A stretch of 64,000 bases of DNA from an uncultured Solirubrobacterales bacterium (GCA_963697115.1 CAVOMT010000003.1:24833-88832); one strand, 5' to 3'. Positions 30,100 through 42,317 are shown, counted from the stretch's first letter. A program made the numbers and translations. Notes: a model not told the origin generated them from the sequence alone.

Positions 30100-31812
30100 C
30101 TAACCCGATTTGGTGAACAACGACGGCGAGAACGAACTAACTTCCTTGTGGCCCGCATATCCCAGGTGGCCGAGCTTGAACAGGTCCTCGACGGTGCGCA
30201 GCAGCGAGAAGTGGTTGTAGGTGTCCTGCACGGTCGCCCCGCCCTTGATGAACGGGGAGAGCAACAGCGCGCCCACCTGTCCCCCACCCGGAGGGCCGAT
30301 CCCGCCCGCGGGCGCGGGCATGTTGGGGAAGGTCGGCTGTCCGCAGCAGGAGCTCGAGTCCTCGTATTCGCCGCTGGAGGGAGCCTCGTCGACGGTCAGC
30401 ACGAGCAGGCCGTTCTGCTTGTAGGCCTTGGAGGCCGTGATCTCCGGGATCACCTTCTTCAGCCACCCGTCCGCCGCTTCCATCCCCGCGGGCGCGCCGG
30501 GCGCGCACGGGGTCGGGTTGCCGTCGTGGCAGCGGTCGGGCACGACGTAGGCGAAGCTCGGCGTGCTCTTGGCGCTCGCGAGATCGGACTTCAGCTTCTC
30601 GAGTCCCACGTCGTCGCTCGCGCACGCCGAGGAGTCGGTCAGCGAGTGGAAGTAGACGAAGGGGTTGCGCCAAGTCGCATATGCCTGTCCCGCGGGCGGG
30701 GTGGGCGCCGAGGTCGGGTCTGGCGCACCGAGCGCCGGGTGGCCGCAGGCGCCGTAGGCGCTGCCGGCGCCGGCGCCGGGTTCGTCCATCCCTTCCAGAT
30801 ATGCCCGCCACGTCAGGTGCTTGGCGGTGAGCTGCCCGGCGAGCGTCTGCGTCGCGCTCGGGTACACGCAACCGTGACCGAGCGTCTGACCTTCGGCGCC
30901 GGCGCTGCCGGGCGTGAGGTCTTCGTAGGTCGGACAGTCCTGCGCGGTCTGCGGCGTCGGGCCCTGACCGCTGACGAGCGCGATCGCGTTCGTGAGCTGT
31001 TCGTGGGCGACCGCGTAGTAGCGGACCAGCAGCGCGCCCTGGTGCTCGAGCGTCCCCGTCAGGTAGTGCGCGGACGAGGCCGGACCGAACGCGGTCGCAT
31101 AGGGCTGATCATCGAGCATCACGACGAACACGTGCTTGACGCCCGGGAGCTTCGTCGGAGTGGCGCCTTCTTCGCTGCCGGAGGAGCCTTCCCCGCCACC
31201 GGAGGCTCCGGATGAGCCCGAGGCGCCGGATGTGGTTTTGGTCGTGCTCTTGCTCGACGAGGAGGTGCTCGTGCCCGTGGACGTCGAGGAGGTTTCCGGT
31301 TCGGAAGACGCACTCGGGGTCGCTTCCGGTTCCGCGGCCGGAGGTGTGGTTTTCGCCGCCGCCGTCGCGGTCGCAGTGGCGGCGGGCGCCTGGGCGACCA
31401 GAACCTCGCGGGGACGCACCCGCCGCGAGCCCGAGCCCTTGGCGACCGCGCCCATCGCGACGCCGAACCCGAGGAACGCGACGAGCAGGAGAGCTGAGAT
31501 CTGCGCCGGCGGCAGCACCCGCGACCATGCCTTGCGGGCCTCCTCGCCACCGGGTCCGGCTCCGAGCTCGCGCTCGTAGCCGAGCTTGCGTTCGACCTCG
31601 GCGAGCTCGGCGTCGCGCTCCTGCAGCTGCGCGGCGCGGCTCATCAGGACGTCGTTGCGAAAGTGGTCGCGCACCGCCATCTCGTATGCGAGTCCGCCGA
31701 GATCCCAGTGCAGCTCGGCGACCTGCGCCGCGAGCTCCTCGCGGCGGCGTTCGAGCTGTGCGGTGTCGTAGCGGGGCAGCGGTCCCTGCTCGCCCGTGGA
31801 TGGCGTGCTCAT
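30100..31812 (-). CDS. Membrane-anchored phosphoesterase family (acid phosphatase/PLC-like) protein with degenerate active site
   Basis: KHVFVVM, NPFVYF, CHDG, TVDE, YNHFSLLRTVED; N-terminal coiled coil, TM and Ser/Thr linker. Confidence 0.85.
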   Translation of the reverse strand: MSTPSTGEQGPLPRYDTAQLERRREELAAQVAELHWDLGGLAYEMAVRDHFRNDVLMSRAAQLQERDAELAEVERKLGYERELGAGPGGEEARKAWSRVLPPAQISALLLVAFLGFGVAMGAVAKGSGSRRVRPREVLVAQAPAATATATAAAKTTPPAAEPEATPSASSEPETSSTSTGTSTSSSSKSTTKTTSGASGSSGASGGGEGSSGSEEGATPTKLPGVKHVFVVMLDDQPYATAFGPASSAHYLTGTLEHQGALLVRYYAVAHEQLTNAIALVSGQGPTPQTAQDCPTYEDLTPGSAGAEGQTLGHGCVYPSATQTLAGQLTAKHLTWRAYLEGMDEPGAGAGSAYGACGHPALGAPDPTSAPTPPAGQAYATWRNPFVYFHSLTDSSACASDDVGLEKLKSDLASAKSTPSFAYVVPDRCHDGNPTPCAPGAPAGMEAADGWLKKVIPEITASKAYKQNGLLVLTVDEAPSSGEYEDSSSCCGQPTFPNMPAPAGGIGPPGGGQVGALLLSPFIKGGATVQDTYNHFSLLRTVEDLFKLGHLGYAGHKEVSSFSPSLFTKSG

Positions 31813-32598
31813 CTAGCCCGTGGAGACGACGTTGGGCAAGTTCTTTGACTTCTGCTCATAGCTCCCCCCGCTGCCCGTGCGCAGGTTTTTCAAGACGGTC
31901 GGCGGAGCCGGTTTGCTGGGGGTCGAACCGACGCCCGCTTCTTTGGCTTTGTGTTTGGCCGCAGCCGCAGCGGCGGCCGCCCCGGCCGCGGCTTTGGCCG
32001 TCGGCGTTTCCGCCGGCGTGGTCGGCGGCGTGGTCGTGCTCGCCGCGCCGGTCGCGGCCGCCGGCACCGTGACAATCTGCGGCTGGGATGTACCCGAGGA
32101 CGAGCCCCCGGAACGCCCGATCAACACCCCGACGCCCATCGCCAGCAGCAGCACGCCGATGCTCGCGATCAGCGTCAGCACGCTGCCCCGCTGCCACGCC
32201 GAGCCTCCCGGCGAGGTCGGCGCGAGCGGCGGGCCCGCGGGGGGAACGACGCCGAGGCCGCCAATCGACGGCTGCGTGGGCTGACCCGGAGCGCCCTGCA
32301 CAGCCGCGGGCGCGCGTAGGCGATCGAGCAGCATCCCGCTCAGGTACGTGCGAGGAGCCCCGCATTCCAGGCAGTAGCGCTGGTCCAGCGCCAACGGCGT
32401 GCCGCAGTGTGGGCAGGGCTCGACGCCCGTCGGCGTCGCCTGTGCAGGGGCAGGAGTATGCGCAGAGGCAGGGGCGTGTGCGGGCTCGGCAGCGGCCACT
32501 CCCGGCGCCGTCTGCGCCTGCGCGGGCTCGGCAGCGACCGCCCTCGGCGCCGCCGTGACGGGGATCTCCGTCGTTATTGCAGTCGGATCAGTGGACAC
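31813..32598 (-). CDS. Zinc-ribbon single-TM protein
   Basis: CPHCG..YCLECG, TM helix, Ala/Thr/Lys-rich tail; abuts the phosphoesterase start. Confidence 0.75.
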   Translation of the reverse strand: MSTDPTAITTEIPVTAAPRAVAAEPAQAQTAPGVAAAEPAHAPASAHTPAPAQATPTGVEPCPHCGTPLALDQRYCLECGAPRTYLSGMLLDRLRAPAAVQGAPGQPTQPSIGGLGVVPPAGPPLAPTSPGGSAWQRGSVLTLIASIGVLLLAMGVGVLIGRSGGSSSGTSQPQIVTVPAAATGAASTTTPPTTPAETPTAKAAAGAAAAAAAAKHKAKEAGVGSTPSKPAPPTVLKNLRTGSGGSYEQKSKNLPNVVSTG

Positions 32599-32660
32599 GA
32601 TTCGGTCGCTCGCGGCCGTTCGTCCGCAGTCCAATCGTCAACGCGATCGTCCTCGCAGGC

Positions 32661-32677
32661 GTGACAATTTTGTGAAC
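32661..32677 (-). promoter_or_regulatory. PHO box
   Basis: Minus strand GTTCAC-AAAAT-TGTCAC, 11-nt spacing, upstream of the zinc-ribbon/phosphoesterase pair. Confidence 0.75.
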
Positions 32678-32687
32678 ACGGCTCAAA

Positions 32688-33482
32688 TCACCCGTTTTCG
32701 GCGGTGTTCGCGCCCGGCATCTCGTTGAACGCACAGCGGAAGTTCTCCGGCTGGGAGACCGGCTCGGAGCCCGCGAAGCCGCCTTTGGCGCCGTTGGAGT
32801 AGACGGTCACGTACTGCAGCGTCGAGGGCGCGGGCACCGCCGGCAGCGGCACCGGGTTCGGTTCGCCCGTACGCGGATCCCCGGTCGAGCCGACGCTGAC
32901 GCCCTCGGAGCCGGCGGCGTCCGAGCCGGCGGCGGTCGTCACGAGCGTCGCGCTCATCTCGCGCTGGTCCTTCAGTCCGACGCTCGGGTCGAGCTCGATC
33001 GTGGCAGTCAGCTGCGAGTCGTGGATCGTCGACTCAAGCTTCACGCGCGCGGCGGCGCCGATCAGCTGCGCGGCGGTCGGCAGGTAGCCGCCCTGTTTGA
33101 CGCACGCCTGGCTGGCCCAGAAGTAGTTGTTCAGGCCCGCCTGTGCGTTCGTGAGCGGATAGGGCGAGGTGTCAAGGCACCAGGTGCCGAGGTTGACCGT
33201 CGCCGGTGGGCAGCTCGGTTCGATCGCCGTCAGCTTCTTGCCGCCGAGCTCCTGTGAGTTCTTGACGGTGGGGATCGCCGCGGCCGCGAATTTCTTGTTC
33301 TTGCCGAGCAGCAGCAGGCCGTTCTTATAGGGCTTCGCGCTGATGCGATGGCCGTCGATCGCCGCGACGACCGCGCGTCGCGCCGCGTCGGCGAGGCCCG
33401 TGCTCGAGGCGACGAGCGCGAGGATCGAGATCGCAAGCGCGGCCGTGCCGGCGTGGCGGGAGATGAAGGAGCGCTCGCTCAT
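32688..33482 (-). CDS. Secreted protein with a possible C-type-lectin/FGE-like fold
   Basis: Signal peptide; CPP..WCLD, ASQACVKQGGYLPT and terminal FRCA. Confidence 0.6.
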   Translation of the reverse strand: MSERSFISRHAGTAALAISILALVASSTGLADAARRAVVAAIDGHRISAKPYKNGLLLLGKNKKFAAAAIPTVKNSQELGGKKLTAIEPSCPPATVNLGTWCLDTSPYPLTNAQAGLNNYFWASQACVKQGGYLPTAAQLIGAAARVKLESTIHDSQLTATIELDPSVGLKDQREMSATLVTTAAGSDAAGSEGVSVGSTGDPRTGEPNPVPLPAVPAPSTLQYVTVYSNGAKGGFAGSEPVSQPENFRCAFNEMPGANTAENG

Positions 33483-36400
33483 GGTCGTTGCCTCCTGGGG
33501 CGTTGGTGTCGATGTTGGTCGCGAACGCCGGCCGCGCCGCTATGGGCGGAGCGCTCACCTGTGGTTGCGTAGGCGGTCTCGATCGGACGGCCGCGGCGCC
33601 TGGGGCCCAGACGCAGCGTCGCCCCGCCCGCCGCGGCGAGCACGACGAGCAGCGCCAGATACACGGCCGGCGAGGGGGCCTTGTTGTTGCCCGCGCCTGG
33701 CGTTGCGTACGCGCGCGCGGCGACCGGCAAGCCGCGGTAGTCCGCGGCTCGATACGCGGCGAAAGCCTGCGACTGCTCGGTCGCCTCCTCCTCCTCTTTC
33801 TTTTCTTCGAACACCCGTACGCCAGCTCCGCCCGGGGGGATCGGACGGGCGAACGCGCCCGCGGGCGGCGGCGGGATCGCCGGTACGCCGTTCTGGGGCA
33901 ACAGCAGCAGCGGCGTGAACAGCAGCGCGGCCGCGGGCGGCGGGGGCGACTTCACCGCCGCGGGCTTGGCCGCGGGCGGGGAGGCGAGGATTGGCGCGGG
34001 CGGCGGCGCGATCGGGGCAGGCGCCGGGGCAGGGGCCGGCGGAGGGGGCGAGGGCGCTCCCGCGGATGGGGTCGCGGCTGCTTTCGCGAAGCGGCTCGCA
34101 GCCAGCGGCACGGTGCCGCAGGGCTGCTCGACGCTGCCGCCCAAGACCGTCACCGGCACAGAGTAAGAGAGCCCCCCGGCCGAGATCGTGACCACCGTGT
34201 TACCCGCGTTGAACGCGCACAGGATTCCGGATTTCGAATCGGGAATCACGTGCCCCGCGGAGTCCTGCAGGGGCTTTCGCAGATTCGTGGAGTTGGGGTC
34301 GTGCTCGACGAAGTTCGCGATTTCCGGTTCGGAGGAGGTGAACGTGTATTCCGGTTCGATCATGCTCGCGCAGTCCGACTGCAGGCACAGGGGCTGAGGG
34401 AATTCGCTGTAGGGGCTCGCGCCTGGCGGGTTGGGGCTGCCGTCGGCCGAAGCAGGCCCCCAACGATCGCCGCTGACAGGGCGCCGCGCCAGGCCCTCGA
34501 ACAGCGCCGGGGCGCTGCGCCGCAAGAGCGTCCCGTCGAGCGGGTTCAGCGAGAGGCTCTGCACCAGCGGGATCAGCCGGGCCGTGACCGGCGCGACGTT
34601 CGTGGCGGGATTGCGCTGGGCGACGTTGACGCTGACGAGCAGGTAGCCGGTCGCGCCGAACAGGGCATCCGGTTGGCCAGGCGTGAACGATCCGCTGATC
34701 GCCGAGCGGTAGCCAAGCGTGCCCGTGCCGAACTCCGGGATCGTCACCGGCTCCACCCGCGGGGATGCGGCTGGCGCGGCTTTCCTCCGGGCGCTCGTAC
34801 AGATACGCCGAGGCGCCGCCGGAGACCATGATCTGCGCCTCTTCGCTCGCGTCGGTGGCGACGTTCAGCGCCGGCGGCAGACCAGGGTTGAGCTCGCGGC
34901 TGCCTACCACGATCGCCGGGATCCCACGTGCACGGGCGTCGGCGAGCATCTCCCCCAGCCACGGCGCCTGCGGTTCAGCCGGGTTCTGGTAGGGATCGCT
35001 TGCGGCCAGCGAGCCGCGCGAGTTGTCGATCACGATCACGCGCACCGTTCCCGCCGAGCCGGTGCTGTCGAAGGCGTAGTGGGTGCGCGCTCCCGGCCGC
35101 ACCGGACCGGTGGAGCCGGGGATATTCGAGGTGCTGATGCCAGACGGCAAGCCGCCTTCCCCGAACGGCGCGGGGAAGCCCGCGAACGCTGCACCGAACG
35201 CGCCGGCATTGTTGCCTTCGGAGTCCCCCGCGGATACGGCCGGGAATACTCCGAGGCCACCGCCCTGGGCAAGCAGCTGTGCGTAGCGATCGGCCTCCGC
35301 GCTCGACTCCGGACCCTCGCCCGGCGTCTCGCGCCCGCCGGTGTAAAGCAGGGCTCGGGGCCCATTTGGCTGTCCGGCAAGGCCGTCGATCGCACTCAGC
35401 GCGCTCGTCAGGTTACGGTCGGGGGCGATTCCCTCGTCGGCGAGATCAGCGCAGGGTTCGGCGCACTCGGCGTGGCCGGCGAGCGCAAACGTCGCGACGT
35501 TCGCCTGCAGTGGGACGGAAGAGGTCGCGGCACTCGGCGGGCCCTGCGCGCCGCCGCCGGGCGCATAGCGGTAGATCCCGGCGGTCTGCACGTTTTCGCG
35601 CACCGCCTGGCCGGAGCCGCCGCTGTCGGTCCCGCGTCCCGCGTCGTCGGCGTGCCCACTCCAGCCGCCGACGGCCCAGCCCGAGCCTTCGGGACCGAGA
35701 TCGAACGCGGCGATCGGATCGGCCTTGACCGGCTTGTCCTCGCTGTCGCCGGCGTAGGCGGCGCGCTCCTCGTCCTCCCAGCCACCGCCCGTTTCGCGCA
35801 GCACGTAGCCATCGCCGGGCAGCGGGTTGGGCGGGATCAAGGGTGGCGGCGTATTTGGATCGATCGGTGGCAAGATCAGCGGTGGCGGATAGACGAAGTC
35901 AGGCACGACTGAGAGCACGGCGCGCACTTTCGAGCCGTCCATGTAGGCACTCGCCGCGACCGCGGTCTCGTCCACGATCGGCTGTTCGGAGAAGTGCCAT
36001 GGGCTACTCGCGCTGTCTCGCTCCAACACCACATCGTGCCCGGCGAGCACTGCGCCGCCATTCGGCAGACCGGCGACGACGTTGAGTTGCGGTCGACTCG
36101 GCAGGCTCGCCAGCAGGGAGTGGACTTCAGGGTCGATCGCCCACCCAGAGCCGGAATTGACGAGCAGATCGTGTTCCGCCACAACCATCCCCTCCGAGCC
36201 GGCGAAGGCGACGGAGGTGAAGTTCGCCTTCAGAGCTTCTGCGGGATTTCCGTTGAGCCCTTCGCTGAACTCCTTCTGAAATGGTTCGGGCAGGGGATCC
36301 TGCGTCCAGGTCTTGTCGTAGCTCCACAGCGTCCCGTTGAGACCAACGGCATAGCCGAGCGCGGGATCGCCCGGGTCGAAGGCGATCCCCAGCAGATCGG

Positions 36401-38161
36401 CGTGAGTCCCTTCCGGCGGCGCTGCCGGATCTTTCTCCCACAGGCCGGTTTCCGCGCGCCAGACCCACAGCGCACCGAGATCGCCTACTGCGAAAGCGCG
36501 ATTGGCTTCGGGCCATGCGACCGCGCGCAGCGTCGGCGAACTGACTGCTCCGCTCGAGCTGAGCAGGAACTCGCGCTGCCAACCCTGTCCGGGGATGTAT
36601 CGGGCCACGGCGCCATTGGCGCCGACGGCCAACGCCTGCGCGCTGGGATCGCCCGGCGTCGTCCCGGGCGCCGGCGCCACGGCCGTGAACGGCGCACGCG
36701 CGGACACGGGCCAACTCGTCAGGCGCTGGGGCTGGGAATCGCCTGTGATCTGCACGGGTCCTTCCAGCCAGCCATCGTCGGGCGTGTAGAAGGCGCCGCC
36801 CGGCGCATCGTTCGGGCCGGCGCCCGGCATCCGCTCGCAAGGCCGTGCCTTCGAGGCTCAGGTAGGAGCCCATGTTGGTCGAGTCCCCTCCCCCGGGCTG
36901 CAACGGGTTGGTGATTATTCGCGAGCCGAAGCCGGAACCGTCGAAGGCAAAGCTGCGATAGCCGGCGAGACGTCCAAAGCGAGCGCCGAGCGGATGGGTG
37001 CACAGGGCTTCACCGCCGCCACTGTGTGCGTCGCACCAGCTGGCCGTGACTTTGGCCTGGGCGATGTCGTAGTAGAGAGTGAAGTCGTACCCGTCACTGC
37101 CGCCGCCAGGCGCCTGCATGTTGCCGTCGATCCACACGCCCTGATCGCTCGCCGGTCAGTGATTGGGCGGGGCCTTTGAGCGGGGTTACGCCCGAGACAC
37201 CCTGTGCGGGCGTTGCCGCTTGCGCGAACAGCGCCGAGCCCAGTTCGACCTCCTGCCAGTGGCCTTCGCCCGCGCCATTGACGACGCGCTTGAACAGCAT
37301 CGCTCCCGAATCCGCTTTCCGCGCTGGCTTGACCAAGCAGCCAGAGGTTCTGAGCCGAAGTGCCCGCGAGCGCGACGACCGTGAACGAGCCCGTGTAGCC
37401 GCCGGGCAGTTCCACAGGCTCGCGCGACCACTGTGTCCCGTTCCAGCGCACAACCGACGTGTCCTGTTTGCGTCCGAGCGCGGCGAAATACGCTTCGGTG
37501 TGACCGTCGCTTTCGACGGCCGCATCGGCGAGCGCCCCGGCGCCTTCGCCTTCGACCAACGTTCCCGCAGCGGGATCTCCGCCTTCCCCTGCTTCGGGAA
37601 GTACTCCCGCAGGCGGTTCCGGCAGCAAATGGAAGCGTCCACCCGGATCGCGTGCGAGCACCACGATCCGCTTCCCAGACGCTCGTGTCGGTGTCCTGCC
37701 CGCGAGCAGCCCACCGGCGTGTGGCGTGATCCTCGCGGAAGCACGATCTGGGCTCATGCCGCGATAAGGCTGGCTCTGCGCTTCGTCAGCGGGGTTTCGT
37801 AGATCGTCCAATCGGGATCGGCGTCGGTCGCACGCTCGAACACCAGCTGGCCCGGCGGCGATTCGCCGCTCGGCGCGGCGAATCGCGCGCGCCCGTTCCC
37901 GTTCGCGGGCGGCGGCACGTTGAGCGGCAACACGTCGTAGGCCCACGCCTCCCCCGGTTCGCCCGCGGTCGCGGCGCCCATCAGGACCGTGCTCGCGTCC
38001 GCGGCGCCGAGCACCGGCTGGGGCTGAGGATCGCCACTGCCCGTGTCCGCGCGCGCACCGGAGCCGATCAGATGCGCCAGAAAGTCGACGCCGAGCAGCG
38101 CGATCAGCGCCACTCCCGCGACTGCGCCGATGCGACGATGGGCAAGGCGACGGGAGCTCAT
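33479..38161 (-). CDS. Giant exported anchored protein, copy B (frameshifted paralog of 13831..18513)
   Basis: Shared motifs QPVLGA, GYRSFAF, LRAVAWPE, TNVAPVTARLIP, YTFTSSEPEIANFVE, GSVEQPCGTV; Pro-rich linker and TM tail. Confidence 0.8.
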
Positions 38162-39945
38162 CGGCGCATGCTCGTCGCGACCGCGTTCGGGCCGGCGCCA
38201 GCGGAGCCCGAGGACGAGCCCGATTCGCAAGACGTGGCCACCGCGTTCGGTCCCGCCCGCCACCGCCTGCCGGAGGAGCCCGACTTGCTTTCACATCCGG
38301 TCGCGGGCACCGGCTTGAGCTTGACGAGCGCCTTGGTCTTGAAGCTCAGAGCCGGTCGGCCAACGCTTGGCGCTGAAGCTCAGCTTCAACGAGTGCTTCC
38401 CGGCCTTCAGACGCTGCTTGGCGGTCTTGGCGATCGTCTTGCCGTGGCGCTTGGCGACGAGCTGGACCTCGGCGAGGCCCGCCAGCTTGAAGCTGACGAT
38501 CACCGTCAGGCCGCGGCGGGAGACCTTGATGTCCTTCAGCAGAGCCGGTATGACCTCGGGTACGGGCGTTTCGAGGCTCTTCGCCTGTTCGACCGCCACG
38601 GGCGGCGGAGCGAACAGCTGCGAGTTATCCGCCGGCGGGGTGTCGGGCACGAACTGTTCGATCGACTCGTTTGGGCGCTGGGTGATCGTGCTCGCCCAGT
38701 TCGAGTCGGTGTCTTCGGGCAGGACAGACCCGTTGGTGTAGTGGAACAGCCAGCCCGCCGAGGTGGCCATCCAGGCTTCTTCGGGGCCGGTGGCGGCGAT
38801 CACCTGCGCGCTTCCGCGCGCCGGGCCGCTGACGGGCAGGGCATCCACGGTCGTCGCTCCATCGGCCCCGATCAGCGCGACTTTGGCCTTGGCGGTGGCG
38901 CTCCCGCGCGAGGAGTAGGGCTGGTCGGCCACCCAGGCGTTTTCGGTGCCGGGCACCGGTGCGATGTCGACGAAGCGATCTTCGTGGCCCGAACAGCGAG
39001 GTGTCGATCGGAGCCTGCTGAAAGAAGGGTTCGGAGTAGTGCACGGCAACAGGCGGGCTTGGCACCGAGCCGTCGTGCGGCGCGTCGGGACCCGAGGCGG
39101 CGCCGCCGCCGGAGAACCACAGGTCGGAGCCATCGGACTTGGCCGACAGCAGCTCGGTGCCTTCAGCTCGGCACACCCGGATAGGGAAAGGGCAGGAAGT
39201 TCGCGTCGGTGAACGTCGAGCCGATCGAGCTTGTGAATCAGGATCGGGTGTTCGGGCTCGGGTGTCGCCAGCGTCACCGGCGTGGTCGTGTTGCCGGCTT
39301 CCGCGCCGACGAATGTGCTCTCGTAGAAGGCGCCGTGGAAGAACGCCAGCCCGCTGACGCCACGACCCTGGGGCTGGTAGGAGGTGGTCAAGCTGGTCCC
39401 GTTCCAGTGCAGATGGAAGGCGCCGATGCGCTGCCCCGAAGGGATCCTGGCTGCCGACTCCCGCAAACCAGCAGTCGTTCGGACCGTTGCAAGCGGCAGC
39501 ATCGAGCGGATGGAAGGGATCGGGCGACTGCAAGCGGAGTCGAGTAGGAGCCGACCACGACGCCTTCCTTGAAGTGGCACAGGCCCAGGCCAGAGCCCAC
39601 CCGTGGCTCGCTCGGTTCGGTGATCGTCCAGAACTCATCCGGACCCGCCCAGGCGATGCGCGAGACTTCGCCGGCGCCGCCGCACACGGTCGAGAGTTGA
39701 TGCCAGCCGCGCCCGTTGTAGAAGAACAGGCCGTCGGAGACGGTGGCGTTGCCCTCGACGCTCAGCAGGCCCTCGTTGGGGGCGTAGAACTCCATGTCGT
39801 CGACGCGTCCCAGCGCGACCTTGAACGGTGCGCCTTCAGGCGGCGGCGGCTGTTCCAGGCGCCAGCTCGCTTCGCCCCGGGCGGACGCGACGCCGGCCGA
39901 GGCGATCGCCGCGGCGATCAGCATCCCGGCGGCGAGCCGCTTCAA
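38158..39945 (-). CDS. Secreted BNR-like propeller protein, copy B (frameshifted paralog of 18510..20204)
   Basis: FYAPNEGL, LSTVCGG, IAWAGPDEFWTI, AFHLHWNG, WMATSAGWLFH. Confidence 0.8.
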
Positions 39946-42169
39946 GGTCTGCGCCCCGGGTCTCGCTCGGGCGCGGGACGGCGCACGTCGCGCAGTTCCT
40001 CGAGCGTCGTCTCCTGCACCGTCGAGAGCACGGCGTCGAGCGCCACGCCCGACAGCGTCTCCTGCTCGAGCAGCGCGTTGGCGGTCTCCTCGACGGCGTT
40101 CCAGTGGCGGTCGAGGATGAACGCGGCGCGTGGCTTCGGCGTCGCCGACGAGCCGCTCGACCTCGCGGTCGATCAGATCGAGCGTGGACGGCCCGACCGA
40201 GCCGAGGTCCTGCAGCGAGGCGCCGAGGAAGACCTCGCCGCCCTTCTCGCCGATCGTGACGGGACCGAGCGCGGTTGACATGCCGAAGGAGGTGACCATG
40301 CTGCGCGCGAGCGAGGTCGCGGCGTGCAGATCGTCGCTGACGCCCGTGGAGAGGCTGCCGAACGCGATCCGCTCTCCGGCGGTGCCCGCGACGATCACGA
40401 TCAGCTGGCGCTGCAGGTCGAACTCGGTCTGGATCACCTGGTCGCGGTCGGTGAGCATGTGCGCAGCCGTGCCGAGCGTGCGCCCGCGCGCGACGATCGA
40501 GAGCTTGCGCGTAGAGCTGGTGTGCCCGAGCGCGTCGGTGACGACGGCGTGCGAGGCCTCGTGCACGGAGATCAGCCAGCGCTCCTCGCGCGTGAGGATG
40601 TGCTTTTTGGCGGGTCCGGCGACGACGCGATCGATCGACTCCTCGAGCGTCGCCTGGTCGATCTCGTGGTTGGCGTCGCGCACGCTCAAAAGCGCCGCCT
40701 CGTTGATCACGTTCGCGAGCTCGGCGCCGCTGAAGCCGGGCGTCTGATGCGCGATCTCCTCCAGCGAGACGTCGGGGCCGAGCGGGCGCTTGGAGCCGTG
40801 CAGGCGCAGGATCTCCAGGCGCCCGTGCACGTCGGGGACGTCGATCGTGACCTGGCGGTCGAAGCGCCCGGGACGCAGCAGCGCGGGGTCGAGGATGTCG
40901 GGGCGGTTGGTCGCGCCCATCACGACGAGACCGCCGTCGCCGGAGAAGCCGTCCATCTCCACCAGCAGCGCGTTCAGCGTCTGCTCGCGCTCGTCGTTGC
41001 CCTGCCCGATGCCGGCGCCGCGCTTGCGCCCCGCGGCGTCGAACTCGTCGATGAAGATGATCGCCGGGGCGGCCTTGCGCGCCTTGGCGAACAGGTCGCG
41101 CACGCGCGCCGCGCCGACGCCGACGAGCGACTCGACGAAATCAGAGCCCGACAGCGAGAAGAACGAGGCGTCGGCCTCGCCCGCGACGGCCTTCGCGAGC
41201 AGCGTCTTGCCGGTGCCCGGAGGCCCGACCAGCAGGACCCCCTTCGGCGCGGCCGCGCCCACGTTCAGGTAGCGCGAGGGGTCGTTGAGGTAGTCGCGGA
41301 TCTCCCTGCAGCTCGGCCACCGCCTCGCCGGCGCCCGCAACGTCCGCGAACGTAATCGCTTCGGTTTTGCCCTTGCCCTTCTTGCGTCCTTTGCCGGTGA
41401 ACTCCGAGAACGCGGCGATCCCGCCGGCGCCACCGTCGGCGCCGATGCGCATGAACAGCGCGAACAGGCACACGAGCAGCAGAATCGGCAGCAGGAACTG
41501 CACGAGGATCGCGCGCGGGGCCTTGCCCGACTGCTGATCGACGTTGACCACCACGCCCGCGCGTGTCAGGGTCTGCAACAGCCCCTGCGTCTGCGCCCCC
41601 GAGACGGGATACGCGGCCCAGTATTCGAGCTTCGCCGGCGTAGCCAGTGGGGCGTTTTTAGAAGTCGTGTTGAGCTGTTCGGAGGCGGATGTCGTCGTAC
41701 CCGCCGCCGTGGTCCCACCGGAAGTCGTCCCTGTCGGCGTGCTGCCGGCAGTCGGCGTCTTCAGCGCGATCTCCACGCGATCGTCGTGATCGAGCAGCGT
41801 CGCGGTCGCAACCTGTTTGTGTTCGGCCAGCGAGACCACGCGGCTGATCGGCAGTTCCGTGCCGTGACTGGAGGGACCGATCGATCCTAGCAACAGGAAG
41901 AACATGACCGCCAGCGCGATCGATGCGACCGTGAGGAACAGCGCCAGCTTGTCGCGGAACACGAGCCGGCGCACGCCGATCGCGATGTCACCCGCCGTGG
42001 CGAGCACCGGATTGCGTTTTTGTGCGAGACCAGAGCGCACCGACGGACGAGCGGCCGATGAGCGTGGCCTGGGAACGCCCGCAGCCCCACCCGGTGCGCG
42101 GCCGTTTGCGGGCGCAGGACTCGTATCTCCGGGCTCTGCGCCCTCGGGCTGGATGTCGTCGTCGGCCAT
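39942..42169 (-). CDS. ftsH: FtsH-family protease, copy B (frameshifts near 41310 and 40130)
   Basis: [31 protein letters not shown]; highly similar to copy A. Confidence 0.9.
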
Positions 42170-42317
42170 AGGTGTTGAAAGCTCTTGTCGTCGTGGTTGT
42201 CGTTGCTACGAAGTCGGTGAAAACCGACCGGAGCACGGACGGCGCCCGGCGCCTAACTGCGGTGCCGGGCGCCGGGGCCGCGTGCTTGGATTTTGCCTTG
42301 AGTCGGCCAGCTGCTGC

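Noticed and set aside
32688-33482. Diversity-generating retroelement target (CLec fold)
   Set aside because: No reverse transcriptase and no template/variable repeat pair seen in the window
39388-41433. Apparent FtsH-propeller fusion ORF
   Set aside because: Created by a frameshift near 40130; copy A has separate genes, and a TTGA stop/start overlap exists at 39942-39945
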